Assembly: GCA_002633005.1 (NCBI GenBank) | Contig: NMRA01000275.1 | Location: 11,908 to 75,907 of the forward strand | Direction: 5' to 3' | Length of the DNA: 64,000 bases | From: Phoronis australis | Lineage: Eukaryota > Animalia > Phoronida | In this document: piece after piece, positions 41,080 through 52,619 of the stretch | Layout of the letters: each line of letters opens with the position of its first letter | Numbering within the stretch: position 1 is the first letter of the stretch | Program-made: the position numbers and the translations under genes | Notes under the pieces: generated by a model | What the model saw: the letters and a program-made list of their open reading frames with translations, nothing else | What the model was told of the DNA's origin: nothing | Database searches by the model: none

Positions 41080-42579
41080 AATGCAACAGGGGGCCACCAT
41101 CTTAAAAAAGAGTGCAGCTACAGCCGAGAAAGTGGCTTTTTTCATTCTCAGCATGTTCACAAATACAAACATACCACAATCACATGGCCTCCATACAATA
41201 CCGAACTAAAAATGCCCCCAAGCCTGGCCCACTTCTAGATGTTAACATTTTGGGAGCGCCACAGCCTAACTGTTCAGTGCCACCTTAAAGAAAATCATAT
41301 TTTCCAAATTTTGTTCAGAATAGTTCCTCTCCATCTACTCACCTACTGTGTCAAATAAAAAGTTAAACCGATGGCCATTTTGCTTTTTGAGGTGATCAGA
41401 TGTGCCCAGCCTGAAGGCTGGGTTTTTCAGGCCAGACCCATTTTAAGCTGTTCTGTTTTGCACTATACTCAGTAGGGTTAGGGTACAAATTCAAGAAAAT
41501 TGATCAACTTAAATATGAAACAAGCAACAAAAGTTTAATTCAAGTTAGTTTCCTAACCCCACAGCTTTACCAATTACTCCTCACCGAGGCTCACTCGTTG
41601 TGTATAGAGGACATATTTATTGAAGTCGACTTGGATAACCATAACAGGTATGGAAACAAGAAATTTGGACAGCTAAGTTTCTCTCACAACTTTATTTTTT
41701 GAGTGGTGAGCACATACAAAATAGCCCGGAAAGCTTAACAGTTTCATTTGAAGCAGAGTGAGAAAAAGGACAATTCAGAGGGGACATAATTCATTCAACA
41801 AAGACCGCTACCCGTCAGGAATCGGATTTAGTGAACTTTAACTCGCTGCGTAGGTGAGTGGTGGCGTTGTTGCAAAAGATATTAACCAGGTGGCACTGGT
41901 AAAACTTCCGGGAAGTCGCACGCACGGAAAAGAAAAGGAGATGCACGAGACGCGGGGACACAGGAAGAAATCACAATTTTGTTTGTCAGGAATATTGACC
42001 AGTGGATTTCTGGTGTGAAAAGGACAGTCAACTAAGCCATTATGAAATAAAAGGCTTTAAAACTGTTGTGCGACACCGTACGAGTTCGACGGACTGTGAA
42101 CAGTGTGAACAACTTCAATTTTAGAGGACAAAACATGTGTCAAAAGTGGAACCATTTCGTAATCGTATAGCATGGGCCAAATTTTAAATTCAGTTAACTT
42201 GAGTCGGGACATAGACATTTAGTTCAGCGTGGTGCTTCAGGAACTTTATAAAGAACTCTCATTTAAACAAGTTTAACATGGTTTATTGGTTTCATTAAAG
42301 TTATATTTAAACCACACACTGAGTTAGAGTGATCATTCCACACAAACCGTAACACTACCCCACCAGTAGACAAAGACAGACAGATGGCGCAATAAACGGT
42401 TGCAGTGCAGTGCGTCTCCCACATTTTGAAGCTAAGGGGCCCACTTACCCCTCACTGATGGTGATGGCTCTGGGTCAACACTTTCTTACAAGTTCAGGTC
42501 AAACACTGAAAGAAAAAGCAGTTATCATGAGACCAAACGACAGGACAGCGGGAAGGAATGTCACCGTAAACATGCACCT

Positions 42580-42770
42580 GGGGTTAGGGTTAGGTTTACA
42601 GAGTTAGGGTTACAGGGTGAGAGTTACAGGGTTAGGGTAAGAGTTCCAGGGTTAGGATTAGGGTCAGGACAGCACTAGGGTTAGGGTTGGACTTACAAGG
42701 TTAGGGTTAGAGTTCTGGTGTTAGGCTTAGAGTCCCACGTTTAGGGTTTGGGTTAGGGCTAGCTAGGGTA
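42580..42770 (+). repeat. Degenerate interstitial (TTAGGG)n telomere-like tract
   Basis: Multiple GGGTTA units interspersed with GAGTTACA variants. Confidence 0.85.
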
Positions 42771-43439
42771 AAGATTGTTTCTACAAATAATGTAAAAATA
42801 AATCAGCAGAAACTACAGCCAAGACTTTGATTAGTGACATACAGAATAGTGCCAAAACTTGGAAATATTTGAAAGTTGAAATATGACCATTTTTTTTTGA
42901 GGAGGCACAGAACAGTTCTTACAGGGGTTTGCCTATCAGAACACACGTCAATGGATTCTTCACCCTTTCGTCACTGTCAAAAACTGCATGCAAATAAAGA
43001 AAAATTTTGAGTCATTTCAAATCACAAGCCCTACAGATGAACACAGAAACTTTATTCTCTCTTGTATTTTTGACCCTTTCACTCCCAGTGAAAACCACGC
43101 CACACTAAGAACACTGAAGGCAAAAAAATGCTAAATCAGCACTTTCTACCCTATAACCACCAGTTCCTTGCCGATGTTGGACTTAAGCCAACATTAGATT
43201 CTGAAAACAAATTTCCTACCAATTCCAAAAATGTGGTCCAAAAGTACTGTCAACCACTTTTTTGTAAATCTAGCTTGTAAGAGGGCTACCTGAAATTGCA
43301 GTCAAATTTTCTCAGTTGCTACACAGCAATGCACAATTGCAACAAGGGGCCACCATCTTGAAGAAGAGTGCACTTAAAGCCGGTAAAGTGGCCTTTTTTC
43401 ATTCTCAGCATGTCAAACCACATTCACACCCCTTATGAA

Positions 43440-43730
43440 AAAGCTTCAAGAAATTCTAATCCCGAAAGCCAGTGAGAATCTCACTGGATTCCAGTTAGAT
43501 TCCAGTGAGAATCTAACTAATTAAGATGCCATTTAAATTAGTGAGAAAAAAATTCTCACTCTAGTGAGAATACAGTGATATTCCAGTTAGAATTCAGTGA
43601 GAATCTAACTAATTTGCATAGCATTCCCACTCAGTGAGAATTTGTTTTACTGAAATTCTCACTCAATAGGAATGCTATGCAAATTAGTGAGAATTTGTGT
43701 TAATGAAATTCTCACTGAAAATCTCACTNA
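43440..43730. repeat. Palindromic MITE-like element built from AGTGAGAA/TTCTCACT motifs
   Basis: Repeated motif in both orientations. Inverted repeat AATTTGCATAGCATTCC / GGAATGCTATGCAAATT. Confidence 0.7.
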
Positions 43731-44658
43731 TTTTGCTGCTGACATTAACCACTGGTCACTACTTCATGAATCAGAAAGTGTATGGCCTGATGAGTGGCGA
43801 ATTTGTGTGGAAAAGAAATTTTTGTGTCTGACGAAGAATCAACTCCTTGTTTAAAACTCCTTTATCCACAGTTGTTGGATACATTGTTTGAAGGTAGCTA
43901 TGGCCTAGACCTTTACAATGGCATGGCATCTATTTGGTGCTACTTATCTTTTAAAGTAAGAAAAAATAAAATTTCACTTGTCTGCCATATATTGTTTCCT
44001 AAATTGGTGAGATTTTACCATAGTCTGTTCATCGTGAACCCGCGTAGATTTGCCCTCCAAAACTTGGTCAAGTTACACCCTCAGTTTGATTTGTAACTTT
44101 CTTCCCGATGACCTCAAGATTCTGTGAACCCAGTAATTTTCCCCGATTTTGGTTTTGAAAGTAATTTTTGTACAGTTTCTTTTAACATGTTTATTTGCAG
44201 AAAGAAACTTCCACTCTTAGCTCATGTAGAGAAAATTATGCATTTTTGTGCAATATTGTAATTCTTTTTTCCCTTTTTCTTTAATTTGTAGTTCTTATCA
44301 TTTGAACACTCACAAATAGTGGGCAACACTACATCATGTGTTTGAGTAATAATCTGTTGTGGACTGCATCAGGTAAGTATCATTTTAGAAGAAACTAGTT
44401 CCAGACAAAAATGAAAGTACACCTCGACTTGACCGAGTGTGGGTGAAAACCTGTTTAAGTCCAAAGGGTTGCAACTAAAGCAGTGGGAGTTTAGTTTCAT
44501 CAGTCATTGAGCCACAGGACTGCAAAGAATTGTAAGCACTAACATGTGGAGGAGTCCACATTTAGTATGATGATGTAGGCTGTATAATTAACTGATTTTG
44601 GTGCAAGCATTTTTAAGTAGACCAATCCATTTTCGTGCTTTAAATATTATTGTACAAC

Positions 44659-45202
44659 TGTAGTAATAGCCGAGATTACCTGACCCGGGGATCGGAGCAG
44701 AGACCCCATAAAACCGGCAAGTGTGCTAACCTTTCAGCTAATAGGCAATTGCCTGTTAGCGAGTAGCTAACAGAGGCTCATATGATTCACCGGAAGCACA
44801 TCTACAACATTCCTCCCTTTCCTACGGAACAGGCACGCCACCAGGAAGGTGAACACCAGGATGTCTCCCATACGTAGGTCATCAACGTCCCTTGGTACCT
44901 TTACCACCACAACACAGATGAACACAAGGTATTCTCTCATACTAGACAGATCCTTGACTCCTGCAACCTTCCATGCGTGCCGTCCCATGGTCCGCGGGTA
45001 CTAGTTGGCAGTGCTTCATCGGTACATCATCCGTTTGCCGACTACGCCATTTGTAGTAATAGCCGAGATTACCCGACCCGGGGATCGAACCAGAGACCCC
45101 ATAAAACCGGCAAGTGTGCTAACCATTCAGCTAATAGGCAACTGCCTGTTAGCGAGTAGCTAACAGAAGCTCATATAATTCTCCCGAAGCACATCTACAA
45201 CA
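44659..45202 (-). mobile_element. Complete TRIM (miniature LTR retrotransposon) with tRNA-like sequence in its LTRs (Helenus-type)
   Basis: 151-bp LTRs at 44659-44809 and 45052-45202 (TG...CA). TSD CAAC. PBS TGGCGTAGTCGGCA (tRNA-Ser 3' end) just inside the 5' LTR. PPT AGGAAAAGGGAGGAA next to the 3' LTR. A box TAGCTGAATGG and B box GGTTCGATCCC in the LTR. Confidence 0.93.
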
Positions 45203-45257
45203 CAACCTTATTTGGTAGCAGTTGGTATGAAGCTGAATAGATTTCATGAAAACAATT

Positions 45258-45660
45258 GATGACTAAACCTCTAATCATGACTAGATCATTAATCTGCGAC
45301 TAGAGCTCTAGTCATTTCATTTGAATAATTGGGACGAGACTAAACCTCTAGTCATAGTCATCACTAGAGCATTAGTCAGACTAGAGCTCTAGTCACTTAA
45401 TTTGCATAATTGGGACATATCATATTAAGTCAGGGACTAAGCAGCCTGAAATTTTAGTCACTGACTAGAGCACTAGTCATGACTAGAATAATATGCTTTT
45501 TAGTCATGACTAAAGGTTTAGTAACATCCCAATTATGCAAATGAACAGACTAAAATATGACTAAACCCATTCAAACACATCATTAGAAAAACTTGTCACA
45601 TTTTTGTCATGACTAAAATGAATCTTTACATGTGACCACAATATGACTAAAACATGACAA
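45258..45660. repeat. Palindromic MITE-like element built from GACTA/TAGTC motifs
   Basis: Repeated GACTAGAGCTCTAGTC palindromes. Inverted repeat ATTTGCATAATTGGGA / TCCCAATTATGCAAAT. Confidence 0.7.
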
Positions 45661-45987
45661 ACCTATACGGTATTCTTCTTTCATGCTTAGACATTTTGAG
45701 ACGATGGAGAATCTTATTGAGAGTTATTTGAATGTTTCAACACATAACAATTAAGGCAAATTGGTGACATGAATGTCGCAGAGAATTAATTAAGAAAACA
45801 CCACTCCATTAAACAAACACAAAAATGCAGAACATTGCCTACCATATAGCATTTCTTAATCCTGGGATAAGACGTATTTTGTCATGTCAGCACTATACCA
45901 AAAAACGGAAATTGCATGATGGTATTAAGCACAAACACAATACAGATCAAACATTCTGTTTAAGCCATGCTGTTGAATGAACAGGAC

Positions 45988-46623
45988 GATCGCCACACAA
46001 ATGAAGAAGTTCATGATAAATCAATGTTTCGTCTATTCGTTAGACATCATCAGGATATTTACACAGGACAAGTGCCAACATACATCTCAGGTGACATCCA
46101 TGAAGTGAAGTGAGAGATACAGAGTAGTCAGTAGCTGGTCGTCACCATAGTTGCAGGGTCACTGAGCTCTGCATGTTGTTCAGGGAATCAGTAGCATGCT
46201 GGTTCTGAATGGCCAGTGACTCTTTAATGTACAATTTCACTGCAGATAACACTAACTGAATTGGCTTGGTGATTGTTGTTAACACAATGCCTATATATGT
46301 TGCTTTTCTCTGAGGTGTGATGTTCTCTCAGCCTGTCACAGAGGCGTCTCTGTGTGAGTATGATATAGAATTCCTTACAGTTGTCACATTCAGAACCAGC
46401 ATGCTACTGATTCCCTGAACAACATGCAGAGCTCAGTGACCCTGCAACTATGGTGATGACCAGCTACTGACTACTTGTGCCAGTGAGTGTATCTCTCACT
46501 TCACTTTATGGATGTCACCTGATATGTATGTTGGCACTTGTTGTCCAATGTAAATATCCTGGTGATGTCTAACGAATAGACGAAATGTTGATTTATCATG
46601 AACTTCTTCATTTGTGCGGCCAA
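45988..46623. mobile_element. Short Penelope-like insertion: inverted terminal repeats around a GIY-YIG fragment; same family as 17660-21250
   Basis: 45988-46210 is the reverse complement of 46388-46620. The middle encodes ECDNCKEFYIILTQRRLCDRLREH on the - strand. Confidence 0.88.
46016..46060 (-). ncRNA. Minimal hammerhead ribozyme motif in the Penelope terminal repeat (variants at ~17690-17730 -, ~21180-21220 +, ~46552-46595 +)
   Basis: - strand CTGATGA-T-GTCTA-ACGAA-TAGAC-GAAA-CATTG. Four-copy consensus CTGATGATGTCTAAYGAATAGACGAAAYGTTGA. Confidence 0.68.
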
Positions 46624-48699
46624 GAACTGATTTAATTGAATGAACAGGCTTCGCAAATTTCCATATTATCAAAATACAGATACACTACCACAGACGTTCC
46701 CATTACACAGTTTCTATTGCAAGTCACTTACTTTCAATCTGGTTTCTGTTTTGCTTGCAGACATTTTGACTGCTATTGCTACGTCCACTACTGTAAGTGA
46801 AGCTACTCAAGAGAGGATGCACTAGACACCCCAGGTGATGAGACTATAATTAAAAGGAAGCGAAGGAATTTGTTAACTGCAGTCATGGAAATCTCAGAGC
46901 AAATATTCCACCATTTGGAGCAAAGTCAAACAGACAGCAACTAAATACCTTCACAAACATCACCAAAATACTGGACATTAATTGCAGCACTAAATTACAA
47001 CGCCAGTAAAGTAATACTGTGCTACCTGCAGTTAAATATTACATCAAAACTGAAAATAGAATAAGTGACTTATTCTAGAGCACGGCCAACAATGGCATGA
47101 TTTCTCTTTCCAATTTGATTAAACTAAAGTTTCAGAAGCGGAAAACATTGCTTTCCTTCCAAATTTACAGAACTGTGCCAAATTTTATCAAACACAATCA
47201 AACAGCTTGGCTGAGTTTGTCAGCAAATGTTCGACAGAGTTTGAAAAATGTACATTTGTTGTCTAGACTCACCAAAACATCAGATTCTGAAAATTCAGCA
47301 TTTGGTTGTGTTTGCAAACAGAAATAAGCAGAGTTTGCCTGGTTGTAGACCATACTTAGTACTGTAATAAAGAGACAGTCTTGTCGCAGGAACATACCTC
47401 CTTGAAGAAACTGTATGGTATTGGCTCAGCATTTACTTCCTTCAAGTATGACTTCCATGTAAAATGCTTTTTATCTTTTAATTCATTCTTGATGAAATTG
47501 GTCTATTGAAAGTAGACATGACATCCCAAATCATTCTATGCACCAACTGTTATATGGCTGGCTAAATAGGCTGGACCCAAGTTCTTGTTGGTACATTGGC
47601 CCTAATGCTGTTGGCACACAAAATGACTGAGTGAGTTATGCTAATCCTCCACCTATTTTGCACAAAACATAATACTAAAACAATCATTTTTATATTTTTC
47701 AAATATCAACTACACAATGCCATTATTCAAGATAGAACAGTTTTACCAGTTCTAAAGACATACCAGTTGACTTGTCTACTTTGAATTAAAATGAAACAAT
47801 TTTAAATTACTCATTTCATCAAGAGTTTACAAACAACATGTACATTTATTAGGAGGTTGCAGCTCCTTGGTGAGTCTCTTTTGATCCTTGTATTCTCTGG
47901 TCATAGAATCCATCTAACCAATAGTGTGAATGTCGACATCCTTGAAGGTGGTCCACAAGTGTAGGTGTCCGTCCATCCATTAAAATATATCTAGATCTTC
48001 TCTATTTCTCCCAACTGATGTCCTCTGAAATGCGGACATGAAAAACATGAACTTTGGTAATTGTTTTTTACAAAAAAATGTAACTAACAATTACTAAAGT
48101 TTAGCCCAACTAGCACCAAGAAGCCAGAATTATGCCCACATGCCAAAAATATTACAAGGATATCAATCAATAATAATGTACTAAAAATTTGATAGATTGA
48201 AAGATTGCACTTGCAGAAGTATGAATGCATATTTTTTAATGTTTGTTACGAAATAGTCAATCCAATAAATACACAGATCCAGAAAGCACCAAGAGGCATT
48301 GTATCCGGGCTAAACAGAACACTACAAAAAAAATCTATATACAATTATACACACAATGTCATACATAAATTGACAAACTGCAATGTATTAAATATAAATG
48401 AATATGAACATAAATATATTATTGTCATACACAATAAGTGACTTTACAGTCAAGGTGATGATTTGAAAATAAGCACGTGTATATGATATCAACTGACACA
48501 AATTAAAACGTGATAAATACATTGATCATAATTATTTTTGACATTTGTCACTTTATTTTGATATCAACCCTTAAGGTTTATTTTTCATTATTCATCTCTA
48601 GTGATAGTCCCAAGGGTCTACTTTTGTATTCATACATTTCTCTATGGAACACCTCAGATTGGTCACCCATATTTCCTTTAAGTTCAACATGGTCTACCT

Positions 48700-50140
48700 C
48701 ATTCAACCACCTACCTCGTCGTCTACAAGACCTACGTTCGTTCTCTGCATTTTTTCTACATTTTTCTTTTTCTTTTTGACCTTTGACCCCTTACTCCATT
48801 CGGGTGCAACGTTCTATCACTTTTCGTTCTTCCGATTCACTTCTCTCGTCCTACATCATTTCAAGGTAAGTCTCGGTTTTGATTTTAGCCCTCCGTTTTT
48901 ACTCACGTGTTACCTCATGTCGTCCCATGTGCTCATCCTTGGCAGTTCTTACGTACGTTGGCTGGACAACTTCATGTCCGACCATCTCCAGTCCCGCTAC
49001 CTCCACAACTACGACTTTCGCCCTTCCCGGGTCACCATTTCGTCCCTGGGCATCTCGGGCGGTACCCTTCTCGCCGGCCCCAAGTCCATCCAACCGGCCA
49101 CTCGTTCTCCTCCCGACCTCGTTTTTCTCCACATTGGCGGGAATAACCTCCACTCCACCTCCATCGACCCCCATGCCTTGGCCTCACACCTCATTTCTTT
49201 CGCCCGTTTTTTGTTAATTGCCTACACGTCTGTCGTGTCCTAGTAGGGCAGGCGTTTCACCGATTACACGCTGGGAGGCGCTTTCGGTATTGCCTTCTCG
49301 CCTTCAACTCGTCCCTTAAATCTCTCCTGTCCCACCAGCCCCACATTTATTTTTAGATTCACAAGGAAAGTTTCTGGGCTAACCCCAACCACCTCTACCG
49401 CCCGGACGGAGTCCACTTTAACCACTCAGGCCTCCATAAACATGCTTTCAGCATGCGCGTAGCCATCGGTCACCACATACGCCAACTGGGCCCTATCACC
49501 CCTCTAGTCCTAACCCCCATCCCTCACGCCCCTGCCTTCCATACCAGGCATTTACTGTAACTGTAATTGGTTTTTGTTATACCCTCGAATTCTACCTGAC
49601 ACCTCGTTCTAAGTATTCACATTTTGGCGGTTTGCCTACAGGGGGCCTTATAATGCCCTGTTATAATAATCTCTACTTTCAGCAGTGTTTTTTCGACGAA
49701 GTTCTTTGATGACTCATGGTATTATTGATATCTCCATATTCACCTCCTCTCCAATTTCTTCTCTTTTGGCAGTTTGCCCTCTGGGGGCTTATCCCCTGCC
49801 TACAATACATTATTTCGGCGGTTACTTGGAGGTTTTTCTTTCTTAGTATCTGGCTTAAGTAGCCCCTCAGTTATCCCTCTCTCCGACCTCCAGGGGCTTG
49901 TACCCCTTGTTTCTAATCATATTTTATAATATCAAGTTCACTCAGTCCCATTTCGGCGGTTTGCCTGCAGGGGGCCTTACAACATCCTGTTCTAACCACT
50001 ACTTTCGGCGGTGTTTCCCCCGACTAGGTTCTGACTTTCCTCTTAGGATTATAATATCCCCTTTATTTCCCATTTTTACTTATGTCCTGTTGCTGGTTGT
50101 CCCCGTCCCAGGGTCGCCACCCTGGTTTTCTCCCCAGTAG
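48700..50140 (+). mobile_element. Retrotransposon remnant with a decayed SGNH hydrolase ORF (~48918-49560), Ngaro/DIRS-like
   Basis: SGNH blocks VLILGSSYVR, GISGGT, LHIGGNNL and, after a frameshift, YRPDGVHFN. Strongly C/T-skewed. The downstream motif GGCGGTTTGCC...GGGGGC is repeated near 49626, 49768 and 49955. Confidence 0.72.
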
Positions 50141-52619
50141 TCTACTCAGTATGTTTTTCTTTTCTAGCATGGCACCCAAGAAATCCACCAGATCATCAAT
50201 ACACAAATCTTCAAGTCCTTTCGTGCAGCCTCCACCAGAAACAAGGCATGTTTGGTCAGAATTTTTTTTAAAAATTTGGACTCCCAGTTTTGAAATCGTA
50301 TTTCAACATCTTAGGGTTGCTTTTTATATATTGTCTGAGGTATCACATATAAGTGATACACCAAGTTATGTAGACTTCGACAAAGATCAAAGGTTAAACT
50401 GAAGATAGACTCAAAAGTAAAAAGTAAAAGTACACCAGCGCTTAACGCTTAAACACCAAGTCACATTTGGCGAAAATCTCAGGTCACCAAAACTGAAAAT
50501 CTCAGCGTAATTAATTCCGAGGTTTCTATCTGGTATATAAAAGTTTGCCAACCAAAAAAGGTCGAATGGCTGTAGCACCACACACTCCTCTGATTTCACA
50601 CATAAAAGTGTATGCGTACCTCAATTCTCTAACTCAAGTCCTCCACATAGAATGCTGACAACCACACAAACTGTTAGTACAAATTTTGCCGATCCTGCCC
50701 TATTTTTACCGAACAATTTAGACTTCTGTCTGTTTACTTTCTGTTCTACTTTAAGCATGGTGGCAAATGCGTGATTTCACGAAATCAACGGAACATTGTG
50801 AATCAAAGGTAATAAATCTAGGCAAAGTGTTAGTAATTTAAAGTTTGAAAGTCAACCCAAACTTTAAAAACCAATTTAGAGGGAATTATTGTTACTTTGA
50901 TACTCGTAGTGGTGACACGAAAATTTTTCCCAGGTTACCAAACACACTCTGAGGTTGCATTGACAACCTGGAGGTTGTCAAATCGAGCGCTGTACAAAAT
51001 GCAAAATTAACCAGAATGGGTATAGTACTTACTGACAGTAGCTACGCAAATCGCACTCGGTGTTTTCTTATCTCTCGCCTCGAGCCGCATCCCCTTTTCA
51101 ACAGGAATATTGTATCTCGGTCTGCAAAAGATATTACCAATCATTAGGCACTTCTGTTAAAGTTACACAGTTCAGTAATACTATTTGAGAAAGATAGAGA
51201 CCAGTTCAACACCAATGAAGTGCTGCGTGAAAATTGAGTTCACAGAGGCAGACTGACCACTTTCAAAGGGGCCTGGGTCAGGGTATATTTGTGAGTATAA
51301 GGGGCTTCAATCTCACCTTTAACATTACATACAACTTCATACTTCTCAATTATTATCATGAATCAATTTTCAAATAACACGGCTTGTAATTCCTGCATAT
51401 GACCTGCCTGTAGTTTGTTTTAGCCTGTCAACAATAGAATACGATCATAGTACAACCGTCCATCAGTCATATCTTGTCTGTGTGACATCATTCAATCATC
51501 AGATAACAAAATATGCAGTGTTGGTCAATGATTTCATGCGAGAATTCTGATGAGTACTTAATTAAAATGTATAATGCACACACGTTAATGTATAAGTCTA
51601 CGCAAACCCTGCACGTAGTCATAAACAAAGATGCTGTTCTAAAAGTTAATCACTTAAAATATGATTTCCAAATTTTTTCAACCGTGTACAAGTAATTTCC
51701 ATCAAAAAAGATGACCTGTAAAAATTATTGTCACTTGTGAATACGAACTTACAGGTGATTAATTTTTCCACAGACAAACTGTTAGAGAGAAATGCCATGT
51801 TTTACACTGGGTGAATGACCTACTAGAGTGTACATATCGCAAGAGAAATGACACCATGTTGACCTCCAGAGAGACATGTTTGCCCAAAGTGCATAAACAA
51901 TAGACCACACCAGACATACATGGACAATCTTCACCAGAGGTAAATCTTATTACAGCAGCTTCTTTGAACATTAACTGTCAATCAGATATTACTAAATTAA
52001 TATGATTAACAATTTCATGTTGTCATGTGGTGAATATCTTGCTGATAGGTGGTTGAAACAACACAATTCGATTTGGATATAATAATGAGTATATTGACTA
52101 AATGTTTAAATTTCCCTAAATGAAATATCATTAAGATTTACAAAGAAAGTTAATCTAATCAATCGGTGATCATGTTTTCCTGTTCCTGGCGTCGGCCTTG
52201 GATCCAGTGTTACACTTGTTGTGAGGAGTTACCTCTTCTCTTGATTATGCCATCCAGTTTTCCGAGCAGTCTTCACTTGATGAAATGCTTCAAAACGATC
52301 ATGAAGTTCAGTCCATCAACATCACATATGTTAACATGAATTCAGTCCATAAAATTCTAAATACAATGTATCCCTTTGAAATTCAGTCAATCGAATTTCT
52401 GCTACATGTATTAGATAGAAATTCAGTCCGTCGAATTTCTCTTACTTGTGATATTTCTCAGCAAACCAGTAGCATTTCTTCAAGAATATCTGCGATACCT
52501 CTGTAGCAAGCTGGTTTTTAATTTATTTACTTATTGTCACCTCTTCAGTGATAGAACTGCTTTCCAACAACAACAAAAACAGAACAGTAATATAATACAA
52601 TGAAGTAATAAAACAACAA

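Larger units (their letters stand above)
38617..41288. mobile_element. Kolobok-like MITE (~0.55 kb) interrupted by a 2.1-kb insertion; further copies at ~3010-3535 and ~42899-43430
   Basis: Ends GGAGGCACAGAACAG / CTGTTCAGTGCCACC-TTAA. The internal sequence is shared among three copies. Confidence 0.6.

Noticed and set aside
45065-45140. tRNA-like sequence as a genuine tRNA gene
   Set aside because: No convincing acceptor or anticodon stems. It lies inside both LTRs of a TRIM.
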